A DNA stretch of 64,000 nucleotides from Sporopachydermia quercuum (taxonomy: Eukaryota): the NCBI GenBank assembly GCA_001599295.1, contig BCGN01000003.1:1922001-1986000 (forward strand). The letters are read 5' to 3'. This document shows, in pieces, positions 49,761 to 61,500 of this stretch (positions are counted from its first letter, which is position 1; the number at the start of each line of letters is the position of its first letter). The position numbers were made by a program, and so were the translations under genes. The notes under the pieces were generated by a model. The model saw nothing but the letters and a program-made list of their open reading frames with translations, ran no database searches and was not told the DNA's origin.

Positions 49761-52700
49761 TCGATTAGATTTAATTCTAAGTAGAGTGATAGTGATGAGG
49801 TAGATGAATAATGAGAAAGATGATTCAATTAGCGCTTTCTTACTATTTTACTTAAGGGCGGTAATTTAATAGGAGTTAGTGGAATATGTAGGAACGGTTT
49901 CTTGCTCGAAGAAAAAAGTGGGTAATGACAGTGTACTGAAACAGATCTCGCAATGAATTATCGAAAGGCTCAAATCAAATGATACTTGTAGCAGATGCTA
50001 TTCTAACTAAAGAAACTTTCCGGGGTTTAAGGGGCAGAGAGAGTAAGTATTTGAACCACCTTTAGTATATAGATTCTTTCAGGAAGAGCTCTTGTCCAGA
50101 CGCTGACTCCTATTGATAGAAACTTTCCAAGTCAACTAGTGAAGTGATATGTGGATGACAACACTTTGCCATCGACTAAATGACTGATAGTCAGCAGGTA
50201 TTCACTGAAACTCAATTAGATACCTGTTACGCATAAATAAACTTCTTGTATTCTTTGAACATATCAAATAATCAAGTTATAATTACTTGTAATTTTATGA
50301 ATGGTCAGATTATACTTGTAGTTTGATGTTGTCTTTCTTTATGGTTTCCTTTAAGATTCTACTTCAAACTTAATCAAAGCTATATTGTTCCACCAGTTAG
50401 AATTTCGAGTATCTAAAACATACATAGTAATATTGGAGATAACTGCCATTTCCTACAATTACTCAGTAAGCAGTCTACCCTTGTAGAATACATCATTTCG
50501 GATAATTGCAACACCTCCACCTCAATGTGAAAGGGTTCTAGTGAAGGAAGAAACTCAGTCACTTGTATCTTTCTTGCTTACTGGATTCTCCAAGATCCGA
50601 GAAAGACTACAATAGATAACTTTGTTGAAAGTTATTTATGGTCTTATAATTCTCTAAACCATTTATCTTGAGTACAAGTAACTGGTGACTAACTATATTT
50701 TCACATTTCTACATGTTCCATACTCTTCTCGCAATGAATTGTTTCTTCTAATGCATAAAGATGACTCAAATTAATATGCGGTAAATTCTAGAATAATGAC
50801 AACTTATTTACCTTATGTAGTGAAAAAATGAGTCTTACGTTTCTGATATGATAGATAGTAGAGTACTTGTACAGAAAAGGGGAATTTATGATACTCTATA
50901 CTTTTAGAAATACAAATCAACATATATCTGTCTTGCTGCATTAGAAAGATAAATAGTTAAATCAAAAAAGAATGACAAATAAACCGGTATTAGCTCTCAG
51001 GCTTTTACTGTATTTGGTTTCTGTTGTTTTGTCAATCAAAATGATCAAACTATAAGGAGCAGAATCAGTAAAGGGCAAGCGTATCATAATTGAAACTGTT
51101 CAGCTCAACTAACCAAAGTTTACGAATAAGATAACTATTGAATAATTATGTATTTTGAAACTCTGATACACATGCCAAGAAGAAAAAAGTATTTTTGGTG
51201 ATAATTATTTATTCTTCATTTAATTGCTTTACAATTTGTACCTTCTTATCCAGCCAGTCCTTCTTCACAGAACCATTTCTCAGGTACACAGTTCCACCGT
51301 TAGCAATGCTTGATTCTTTTTCCTTTTTTTTTTGATGAACATCTTTAGATAACTCTAACTAAGTTTAACTTTCAACTATCAATGAAAACTGGATCAATAG
51401 CCAGTATTTATTCCTGATATAGAGCTTCATGAACCACACAAAATAGCTCCGTGGATGTTCTTTAATGACTAAATTGGCGAGCAGTTACGAAAACCGTTCT
51501 CTATAATCTTATTCCCCTTCCATTCTCACTCATAACTTATTCTTTCTCCACATTTTCGAAGACTTTTTGAGAACTAAGCAGGCTAAATGAATAAATAGTA
51601 AGATGTTTGGTGATAAGGAAGAAAAAGCCTATTTATTGTTCGCTTATGTTTTGAAGTGCTTGATGTTACCAAAATGACTCCGCTTTTGGATTATAAATCC
51701 CCAAACGTTAATATAAAGTTTGTCAAAAGATTGATATATAGAAACTTTAAACTATGTACGCATGAATGAAACTGTCAATAGAGAATATATATAGTCAACT
51801 AGTGAAATAAGAGTTGACGAGATATATAGGATCCAATATGCTATATATTCAAGGTTCAAGGTACATCCGGATATTGAAGGCAAAAGAGATACTGAGACAT
51901 TTACATTATCTGTAGCTATTTATATTGAGGAAGATCCATTTCATTAATTGCCGGTCGGTACCTTTGGATTGTTTATGTATATCTATCTATTGTTCGATAA
52001 AAAGATCCTCTTATTTCATTCCCGGAAGTACACCCCGTCAACGATGGTAGTTGTTGAAAAGAAAGCTTGTTTTCAAACCTTTTAATTAAGCTAAGAGGTC
52101 CTCCTACTTTACTTCTTGTTTGAAGAAATGTTGATCTGTTATGTAATGCTGGTCAAGTCTTGCAGCGGGCTCGAAAAGCCGAGGCGTCTAAAGTTGAATA
52201 ATCGATCACGTGAAGAATTCTACTTCAGGTAAAGCATTCAAACCATACTACGTTGAGACACGACTTCTGGAAATCATTTGCATACTTCTATACTGTGTAA
52301 ATTGCAATATTGTTCAAAAAAAAATTGCAAAAATAAAAAAGTTTGATACATTTCGGCTTTATGTATTTTTGAACATTGCGTTCGCAATTATCCGTGGTTT
52401 AGCTTTTGAAGTCCTTTGCCATATGTTTATTGAGACATTCAAAGCTTTGTACCTATGACCAGAATGAAAATCGTTTATTCGATCGATATTCTTCGTATTT
52501 TCTGATAACTATTCAAATATAAATGCCAAATTGTGAAATAGTACCTCAGTTTACGGCACAAAATGGTTACTATAAGTAGAAATTAATTTTTTTCTCTGCG
52601 ATCGCTACGACTTTAAATGGTTCCTGAAATTGAATGTTCAATTCAGTAGCAGTATGCACAATAACCTAGAAATAAACTTCAGAGAGGACTAATCAATCTT

Positions 52701-53373
52701 ACATAAGTGTGCATATAAATTTCCTATTAGGTAAATTATGTTTTCCTCTACAAATTTACATTTATTCCCCAGTATAACCTCTTCACTAAACTACTGAATT
52801 ACTTATGTCTGGGCTATTATATAATTCATTCTTGATTCAAACATTCTCCCACATTGAATTCAGATCGGATTCAATGTAATACTCTAGAAACTCAATTGCA
52901 AGACAAAAAATTATACTACTATTACGGTATATTTCTTCTCCACGTCAGAATTTACAGCCAATGTGTTTACGCGCTTAAAGTTCCTAGAAGCAAATCTCGA
53001 AGTGAAACTTTGCTAAAGAAGTGAAACCAGGACCTGGAATGAGATTATTGTTTCATAGCAAACAACAATGCCAAGTGCCTAATCCAACCTGTTCAAAAGA
53101 ACAAAATACGATACAGGATAAAAAAAAGAAATATTATTGCCACCACTAAATACAAATAAAATATCAATTGAGAAAAAAGAAACCAATGGTATACAAAAAG
53201 AGGGAAGAAAAAGCCCAAAGACTGTAATACATAAAGAAGCAAAGTGAGAAGTGTATGAGCTATCTACTATACCACACCCAGTACCCCCTCGCAGCTAACT
53301 AAACATTGTATCATAATCTAAGAAGCCCTCTTCCTTTTCAATCCCGTCGAATAAAATTTCTAATTCAAACAGA

Positions 53374-55551
53374 CTAAATAAAATCATGAGAAAGATAATA
53401 ATGGAATACTCTATCTTTGGCAACTATCTCTCCCATCTTGAGCCTACCAAATTTCCTTAGCTCTCCATATTCTTCCCAAACTGGAAAGTAATCATTCACT
53501 AACTTAACGTGGCCTTCAACCCTCAATCGTAACTGGTGTAATCTCAAGCAGTTAGTTATTATTAGTTCTCTTTTATCGTTATCCAAAGGTAATGGGACTT
53601 TCAATCTTTGGAAGGAGCCCTTAATTGATTCCATTGGTGAAGAATCGACTTTCTTCTTAGCTGCTAACAATGATTCACTGTATTCTTTTATCCGTCTAGA
53701 TTCCTTCTCATCGTCAGGAAGTTTTGTCGACTTGGTTATCGGAGTTTTTATTTGCTTGTATTTTGAGAAAGTTGAGTTGGCAATCAAGAACCATCCGTCG
53801 GGAATTTTATTCAAAGCTGGCAGACAGTACTTAGCAAGCTTTGAATTATGAACACTGCAGTTATGATTATAATTAGCATGCCATAACAGACCATCAGCAG
53901 AATAAATAAAAGCATGAGATGAGGGATTGGCAAAAATCCATCTACTGTAGTTTATTGCATCATCATCTTCATCAGGTGTAACTTTCTCTAATGGAAATCT
54001 TAGTCCATCAATGAATCCAAAGCAACCAACTACGCTAGGAAAATCATTGACAATCTTTCTTGCACTTTCGTTCATTTCACTTTCAGTGGGCCAAGTGATT
54101 TCTGTTTCTGGCATCATTAAAAGAGTTGCCTTCAGTATCTTCAAACTACTATAAATATGCTCTTTCAAACAAGCTATGTTAATATTGAACAAATTGGCTA
54201 AAAGTTCTTCTCTCATACTAGAACTAAGGTAGTGAAGCGCTAATGCCAAAGCAGTTGTAGGGTTTAATTTGTTTGCTTGATCAATGGTTGGAATTTCAGT
54301 TCTATCATAGTCATATGCAAATCCTGAATTAAGAATTTTGTAAAACAGCTCTTTGCTTAAACCTGTTAATACTATGGATGCCTCTTCAGTAAAAGCTGTA
54401 TCAAACAACCTTAACCAAGGATACATATTTGGTTGATCAGCATACTTGGTTTTCAATTTTGATCCTAGAGATAGATAGTCACTGTTTCCTGACCAAATAT
54501 TTGTCAAAGAATAAATTGCTGTTGAGTTTGAACTATTATTTCGAGGGAGTTTTGCTTTAGATATCTTATTTGGTCGTGAAAAGAAAGCTGTGTTGGAGCG
54601 GCCTAGAGCAACTCTTGACATGTTATTTCTATTAGACTGCTCAGTTGTAGTAGCAGACAGTGTAGCAACAGGATTAGAATTATAGTGGTTGAAATTAGAA
54701 CCATAATATTGGTTATCAACTGCTCGTGGACTTCCAAAAGAATTGTAAAAGTTAGCATGAGAACTTGCATAATACTGCTGCGGAGGTAAGGAAATCATAT
54801 TTGATATTTGGGGCTTTGGATAGTTAGAAGGTATGGGTGATCTTTCTGAGTATTGATAGATTTCATGATCAGATGGTGGTTCACTTGGTGACTCTGAAGG
54901 AACAAGAGTGCCAACACCTGTTAATTTTGTAGCACTATTGGAAGGTGAAATTAAATTAGATGATGTAGATACACTATTACTCAGAGATCTTTGTATATTG
55001 GAATGCTCCAGATGATATACCGATCCTGTTCTATTCATGTCTTGTCTGTCTTCATATTGTTGCTGTGTTTCTGGAACATATTGAAACGAGGATGGTGATA
55101 TTGTAGAAGGGATTGCTAAGGCCTCTCCATTGTGGGGGTGATCTTGTGATGCTAGTTTGGAAGAGTAATACCCACCTTCTGTTACTGTTATGTTGGCCGT
55201 GGTGACAGCATTACTTATATGTGCATGATTATATGCATCATGAGAATAGGATAACTTGTACTTTATGGATTGAGGTTTATACATCTGATTTGCTGCTGCA
55301 TAATACGACGACGACGATGATGATGTTTCTCCCTGAGTTAAAGTAGTTGCGGTATTGGGCAAGTTCAGCATGCTGTTTTCGGTTGATTTATCAGATAGAT
55401 GACTAGTAGTTACAATCGATTGTAATTGTTCTCCTGAGATGTTATCTTCGTGACCAGTATTACCGGGATATAATGAAGGATCATTTAGTGATAAATACGG
55501 ATCAAGATTAGGTGCGTAATCATCGTAATGTTGTTCCATAATGAAATTCAT
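53374..55551 (-). CDS. PIF/Harbinger (DDE_Tnp_4/HARBI1-like) transposase-derived protein with long low-complexity N-terminus, probably nuclease-dead
   Basis: First ATG 55551; C-terminal half has HTH-like LALALHYLSSSM...LANLFNI, ITWPT, GCFGFIDGLRFP (first D), SVHNSKLA, WFLIANSTF, IKGSFQRLKVPL, CLRLHQLRLR; N-terminal ~360 aa S/N/Y/P/Q-rich. Confidence 0.75.
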   Translation of the reverse strand: MNFIMEQHYDDYAPNLDPYLSLNDPSLYPGNTGHEDNISGEQLQSIVTTSHLSDKSTENSMLNLPNTATTLTQGETSSSSSSYYAAANQMYKPQSIKYKLSYSHDAYNHAHISNAVTTANITVTEGGYYSSKLASQDHPHNGEALAIPSTISPSSFQYVPETQQQYEDRQDMNRTGSVYHLEHSNIQRSLSNSVSTSSNLISPSNSATKLTGVGTLVPSESPSEPPSDHEIYQYSERSPIPSNYPKPQISNMISLPPQQYYASSHANFYNSFGSPRAVDNQYYGSNFNHYNSNPVATLSATTTEQSNRNNMSRVALGRSNTAFFSRPNKISKAKLPRNNSSNSTAIYSLTNIWSGNSDYLSLGSKLKTKYADQPNMYPWLRLFDTAFTEEASIVLTGLSKELFYKILNSGFAYDYDRTEIPTIDQANKLNPTTALALALHYLSSSMREELLANLFNINIACLKEHIYSSLKILKATLLMMPETEITWPTESEMNESARKIVNDFPSVVGCFGFIDGLRFPLEKVTPDEDDDAINYSRWIFANPSSHAFIYSADGLLWHANYNHNCSVHNSKLAKYCLPALNKIPDGWFLIANSTFSKYKQIKTPITKSTKLPDDEKESRRIKEYSESLLAAKKKVDSSPMESIKGSFQRLKVPLPLDNDKRELIITNCLRLHQLRLRVEGHVKLVNDYFPVWEEYGELRKFGRLKMGEIVAKDRVFHYYLSHDFI

Positions 55552-58500
55552 TTGTTCATTTCTTTTCTGGTTTTTTATGAAAACCAAAAGTTCCTGATTT
55601 TGGTATCGTTCTTTAGACAAGACAAACGATAACTGTAGTCTCAAAGAAAGGAGTGTAATAGTGACCTGATATGATATTGAAAACTGGATTCGATGTTTAA
55701 CTTGAGGAATATAGCTCCTTTGAAATACATCTCAGTATTCTCTTGTTTTTACCTTCCTATTGGTGAATGGATTTGGTAACGAGTAATGAGCTTTGAACCA
55801 CGGTTGCCATACGAATTCAATTGTTTTGGTTTAATTCTTTTCAACAATATTCTGCTCGCCTTTCTTCTTCCTTTGCTATTATTTGTCAATCCTCTACAAA
55901 GATTTTATACATTTATAGTTTCATAAGCAATCTCCAAGAGTAGTGTCTAGCTAAGCTGGTGTTACACTTTTAAGATGAAAGAGTCTAAGGGGTAGCAGAA
56001 AATTTCACCAATGATACTTGTAATCGATTCTTAGTAATTACTTACATCCATAAATACGAGCCAATTCTATTAAGAATTAGAAGAAATCAGAATGAAAGAA
56101 GACATTTATTGAAATCCAAGAAATGTACCTTTTCTGTCTCCAATTAACTCGATACTTTTGATAAGAGAAAAGAAGAGGATGAAAATACCGGCAACTGGTC
56201 AATTGAAAAAGTATATCAATTCCAATTCAATCACACTAGTTGTAGAGTTATCTTTCCGAGTTCAAAAAGAAACAAGATTGCCCATTTTGCTCACTTTCCG
56301 CTCTACTCTTGTACCACTTATTAGCATAAGCAAAAAACCTGATTGAATCAAAGTTGACGGATTAGGTTTAGCTTTATTTTTTAACATTTTACCTTTTATT
56401 GTCGTGATTAGGGAGAGGAAAAATAAGATTGATAATCTTAACTTTAAATTTTAATGAAATTAGTTGAAAATTAGCTTGAAGTTTAATAATGAGTTTCACT
56501 ACATTATGCCAACCATGCTTTTGGTATCTTACTATATGAGGTTAGTTACTTTCAATATTCAAGTATTCGGATAAACAAAAACAGCAAAAACTACAAACCA
56601 GAAAATATATATTAAGAAAACGATATTTTGTTAAGTTCCATTACTCTCAAATTTCAGTAAAGTTTTCTGAAATATAGAAAGCGTGACAGCGTGTATGTAA
56701 CCAAGATTCATAATCGTTCTTGGAATGTATGTCTCGTATGAAAAAGGTTGTATAGAATTTAGTCAGCCAATATGCACGGCAACATTAAGTTTCTTCAAAT
56801 CCAAGCTCAATGTTTAACTTTAATTATTAAACCTTAATGCTGAATACGTAGACTTAGGATATTCAGATCAACTACCAGGTTTGGTGAGTTGTTGATGTAC
56901 TGAATGCTTGAATCACCCTTTTCCATTTGTTACAACCGATAGATGATTTTGAAATTTGCTTCACTTTTCAACAAAAAAGGATGTTTTTGTTTATAATTGT
57001 GAGAGCACTTACATTTTTCTAGATATTTCATCATTGAGTTACTTAACATTCAGTCTTATTCGATGTACTTTTATTACGAAAAAGATATAGAGTGTGGTGT
57101 TTGAGAGTATCGGAAATTGAGAGTTGTTTCATTTGGAATAATACTTGGTTGAAATAATGCTATAACTTAAAAGTATAAATTAGCTCACCAATTAAGTTCA
57201 AAGGGTATTCTTATTTGGAAACCGAACTTCCACATGCAGAAAACTCTGTGTCAAAATGTTTCTAAAAAAACAAAGTTCTTCCTACATGATCTTGAACGAA
57301 GTCAATACCAGCTTCAGAGTAGAAACAATTCAAAAGCAATGCTATATAGTTCTGCAAGCTTCATGTATATGTCAGTAGGATCAAAATCCGGGAATTAATT
57401 AGTATGTCAAATAATATTCGATCTGGAAATAGAGTTCCCGTAGTTTGATTTACTGGAAGAAGAAATTCAAACAAAATAAGAAAAATTACCAAAAATCATA
57501 CAGGCAGCAAGAGTTCTGAAATTCAGTTAAGAGAATTGTTATTGATCTTTCCTTAATGTTGCGCTCGTAATTATTATTTACAGTCTTTTTTGGCGCCTGA
57601 AATATCGTCATAAGTTCAATTGATCGGTTATTTGAAACTAGGATGGAGAAATACTATGGAAGACTAAACTGAGGAATAGAAACGACAGTCGTAATCACAC
57701 TTGAAAGCTGAATATTGAATCAATGCAAGTAAGTGAGTATTATATTTTCACTATACCCGTCAGAAACCAAAGGAGTTAGTACTCCAGGCTACTCAGTATA
57801 TCAGTTTACTTGACACATTTTCATAGACACGACACTTATTGTATTAAGGGTTTCATGTACACTGCTATTTGCTATTACCTGTACGAACCTCATANATGGC
57901 TACATTTTTTAGAAGATAGCTCCATATTCTTTATCCTAGTTCTGATATAACATTTCAAATAATGAATTTTACTTTCCAAAGATCCAAGCCACGTTCGTGA
58001 GGGATTTCTACTGATGAATTTGAAAGCCGGATCTTAATGTTCTCGAAAGATAATCAGTAGTAACTTGATATTGTCAGAATAATTCTAGAATTATAATTTC
58101 AATGGAAGCATGGAATTCTGAGACAATTGGCTTCCATAATTTTATGGAACCACCAAACCTAGAACCAAAACGAGAAATATACTATTTTCTTTATCGTTCG
58201 TTTTCTTTTGGTTTGTTTAAGTTTAAGGTTTAAAGTTGGCAGATTAGATAAACTTTTTTTAACTGGCTATGAAGGAGTTTTGGTTATTCAAAACGAACTA
58301 TTAATCCGGTATTGGTTTAAAGTTCTAAATACACTATACTTTATATGGCTTGCTCTAGCAAACTGATGATAAATCCTTAATCTAATTCTAAATCTTTAAA
58401 GTTTGATGGAAGATTTAGAATAGTTTGGTTCCTAAACACATTGTCAAGTGTTCTTCTTGAACAAGAGAAGGACTGCACGTATGAAATATTCTTTTAGTAA

Positions 58501-61500
58501 ATTAACTTACTGACACACACAAGTTCTAGAAGTGGAGAAGGATGAACGTTAATAATAAAGAAATTGGAGTTTTGTTCTTTGCAATGTTGAAGCAAAGAAT
58601 CCTGATTTAAGGAACCATAAACCAATTGAGTTTTATTTCCATGAAACTTTTTGCTTGAATAATACCTGAGAGGCTAGCAATACACAAAATATGATTTCAA
58701 AATTGCTCGCCACATACACAAAGGAGTTGGCAGTAAGATATCTATTAATTACTTGATAAAAACTGTAAATGAATCAAAGTTTTATATTACTCTTACTTCT
58801 ATTAATTATTCAATGTCAAGAGAATCCCCATTTGCCTCGTACGGTCTCCTGCTCATAGATATAACTACATACGTATGCAATTCGGATCTATCTACCTCCT
58901 GTTTAGAAATCAACTTGGGAGAGAAATTTCAAATTCCGCCAGAAGATAGGGAAGTGAAATATAACAGATAATTTTATTCATGGAAGAGAAATTCTAATCT
59001 GTGTCCTTATTCGAACCTAATAGAAGATAGACAGACACATATCAATTTTAGAATGAAAAATTTACTCAGGAATAGGTCTGCCGACTTTTCCTAAGTCGGT
59101 GATTTCAGATTCATCATTTTTACGAGTTATTTGTTCTTTCAATAGGCAACCCAAGAGATTCTAGAGTACATACAAAAAAAATGAGTTGATTCTCCTCCTA
59201 GGGACCTTTCTAAATTAAAAGTTCCAAGAACTTTTATCATAAATAAATCATATATAATATGAGATTGCACTTAATGAAACTCATTCGAAGTTACCTTTCA
59301 CATACAGACACACATAAGAAGAATCTCATTCGCTAAGCTCCCCAACTTTCAAATTAACGTTATAGTTAGCTTGAGCTTTTACTGTCACAATGAATAAGTT
59401 TGAACCCCATTTGAGCACGTTCCAATTGGGTAAAAGGTTTTGAGTTTATCAAACTTTAATTGTCTCCCTTTACTCCTCTTTTTATTGGCGCCATTGCCAT
59501 TCCCTCATCAGAGGTTGTTATGAAATTGAATTCATGAATAGATTACTTTCTATCGTTTCAGCCCGTACTAAAAAGTTCATGTTATGGGAAAGGAAAAGCT
59601 ATGTATTGAGAATGTGATTATTGGGAATGCGATTATTGAGAATGTGATTTAATTTTACTCAGCCGTAAACTATACTTGTTTTGATTTGCTTCTTGAATTT
59701 CATGATGTCCCCCATAATTTCCAGAATTTGACAGGTGGAAAACTCAAGGAAAGTTGAATGAATGAAATTCTTAATGTTTACTTTTTTAGGTACACAACCA
59801 CAGGTAATCAAAACTCTTTTGTTGCCTACTGAAAGTAACAACCATCGTATTTTTACATTAAAAAGGATTATCTACAAAGTACCAAAACTGTATATTGCTT
59901 TGGTTCGGTAAATTATGCTTTTTTTACGGATTCTTTCTAGCTTGTTTGGAGAATTCGCTGACTTGAGTTCATTAAAATTACCAAAACATTTAAGCTGGAT
60001 AAGTAGGATGGCCACTAAGAATGTCAAATCTCAACACAAGTGTCGTATTTGTAGATGACTTAATTGAGAACAGTAGATTGACTCAAGAGACCCCGAAAAG
60101 AGCTTTATCTTCTTTTAATCTTTTATTTTTTTGTGCGTCGGAATTTGAAAGGAGAAGAGCAATTGATTTTAGAATAGAGTTAGTAACAACATAATATGTT
60201 ACTTCAATTGTGATTAATTTAGTAAATTTCAATTGCAAGTATCAGCTGAATTTATAAACTTAGTTTGACTTACATTTTGGGATCTCTAGAGAACAAAGAC
60301 CTTTCTTGCTGTCAAAGTGAAGATAGAAACGAAGATTACTAAACGGATGATTATAGCGAGTTTCTGGAAGCCTAAAGGTAAACCAAATTTTTATCAATAC
60401 CCTATTGATTGATTGCCTAGTAATTACGAGACAAAAATGAAACTAAGGCGCTAGTGCTCAATGTTTTATCTTTATTAGTAATTATTACATGTTTGCTCAA
60501 GCTGATAGCGAATTTTGCATTACAGGTAGTGCCAGATATTCATTCAACAGACTGAGATTTGTGCTCTCCGTATTTGATTAAATAAATTGTCAGGATGCTA
60601 GACTATTTGCTTTCAATAAATGTTTCTGAAATTTTAAATTGCTGAAAATATGTATAACTTATAATGGGGAACAATTCCGGGCAGCATTTATCGATAATCA
60701 AAGTAATAATAATTATTTCTGACAGAAACAACAAAACTCTTTTCTTCTTTTGTTTTCACCTTGAAATTTGAATTACCAATGGCTTAAACACACTAATAAT
60801 AAAAACAATGAATTTCTCAGCGGAGTTACGTTATTCCAAATGAGCGATGTAAGGGGAAAATACTTTTATTGTGTGGAGATAATGGACAGATTGAGCTGTC
60901 AAATATTGTTTGGCGATTCAATTCTATTGAATCTTCGAATCAAAACTACACATTGCTGTTTTAGAATGAAGATTAAAGTTAAAATTAAGATTTGGCTGTA
61001 ATTAGTGAAACGTTAATAAGGTTAGAAAATTAAATATAAAAGTTTCTTATTTTAATATTAGACTCAAATAGCAAAGTTTGGAAACCTTTTTACCTTAGTC
61101 GTATCAACAATGATAAAGGTATGCCAACTAATTTAAGTTAGAACTAGTCTGAATAATAATACCATTTTTGGCAGTTAGAAGGCTGAAACATGGTTGAAAT
61201 AGATATTGAAGCATAATCATCCTTTCACCAAAGTTTTAATATTAATAGGGTTATTAAATCAGTTAATCACACTTATATAGTAACGAATGTTTAACTTATG
61301 AATGGAATACAGAAAGAACCCGATTTTAGTAACGCTATAACAATCGTACTGGGAAACAAAGGTAACTGATTATTATGTAATAATCTGTTATATATTCCTT
61401 CTTGAGTAGTAAATATCTATTAAACAGCTTGTAGATCGTCTGAAAAACCGAGGCTATTTGAGATTAAATCTTGAAATAAGATGGTAGCTTTGTTTATATA

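Noticed and set aside
58079..58149. 16-bp palindrome ATAATTCTAGAATTAT and neighbouring short hairpin
   Set aside because: Plausible by chance in AT-rich DNA; not paired as transposon ends.
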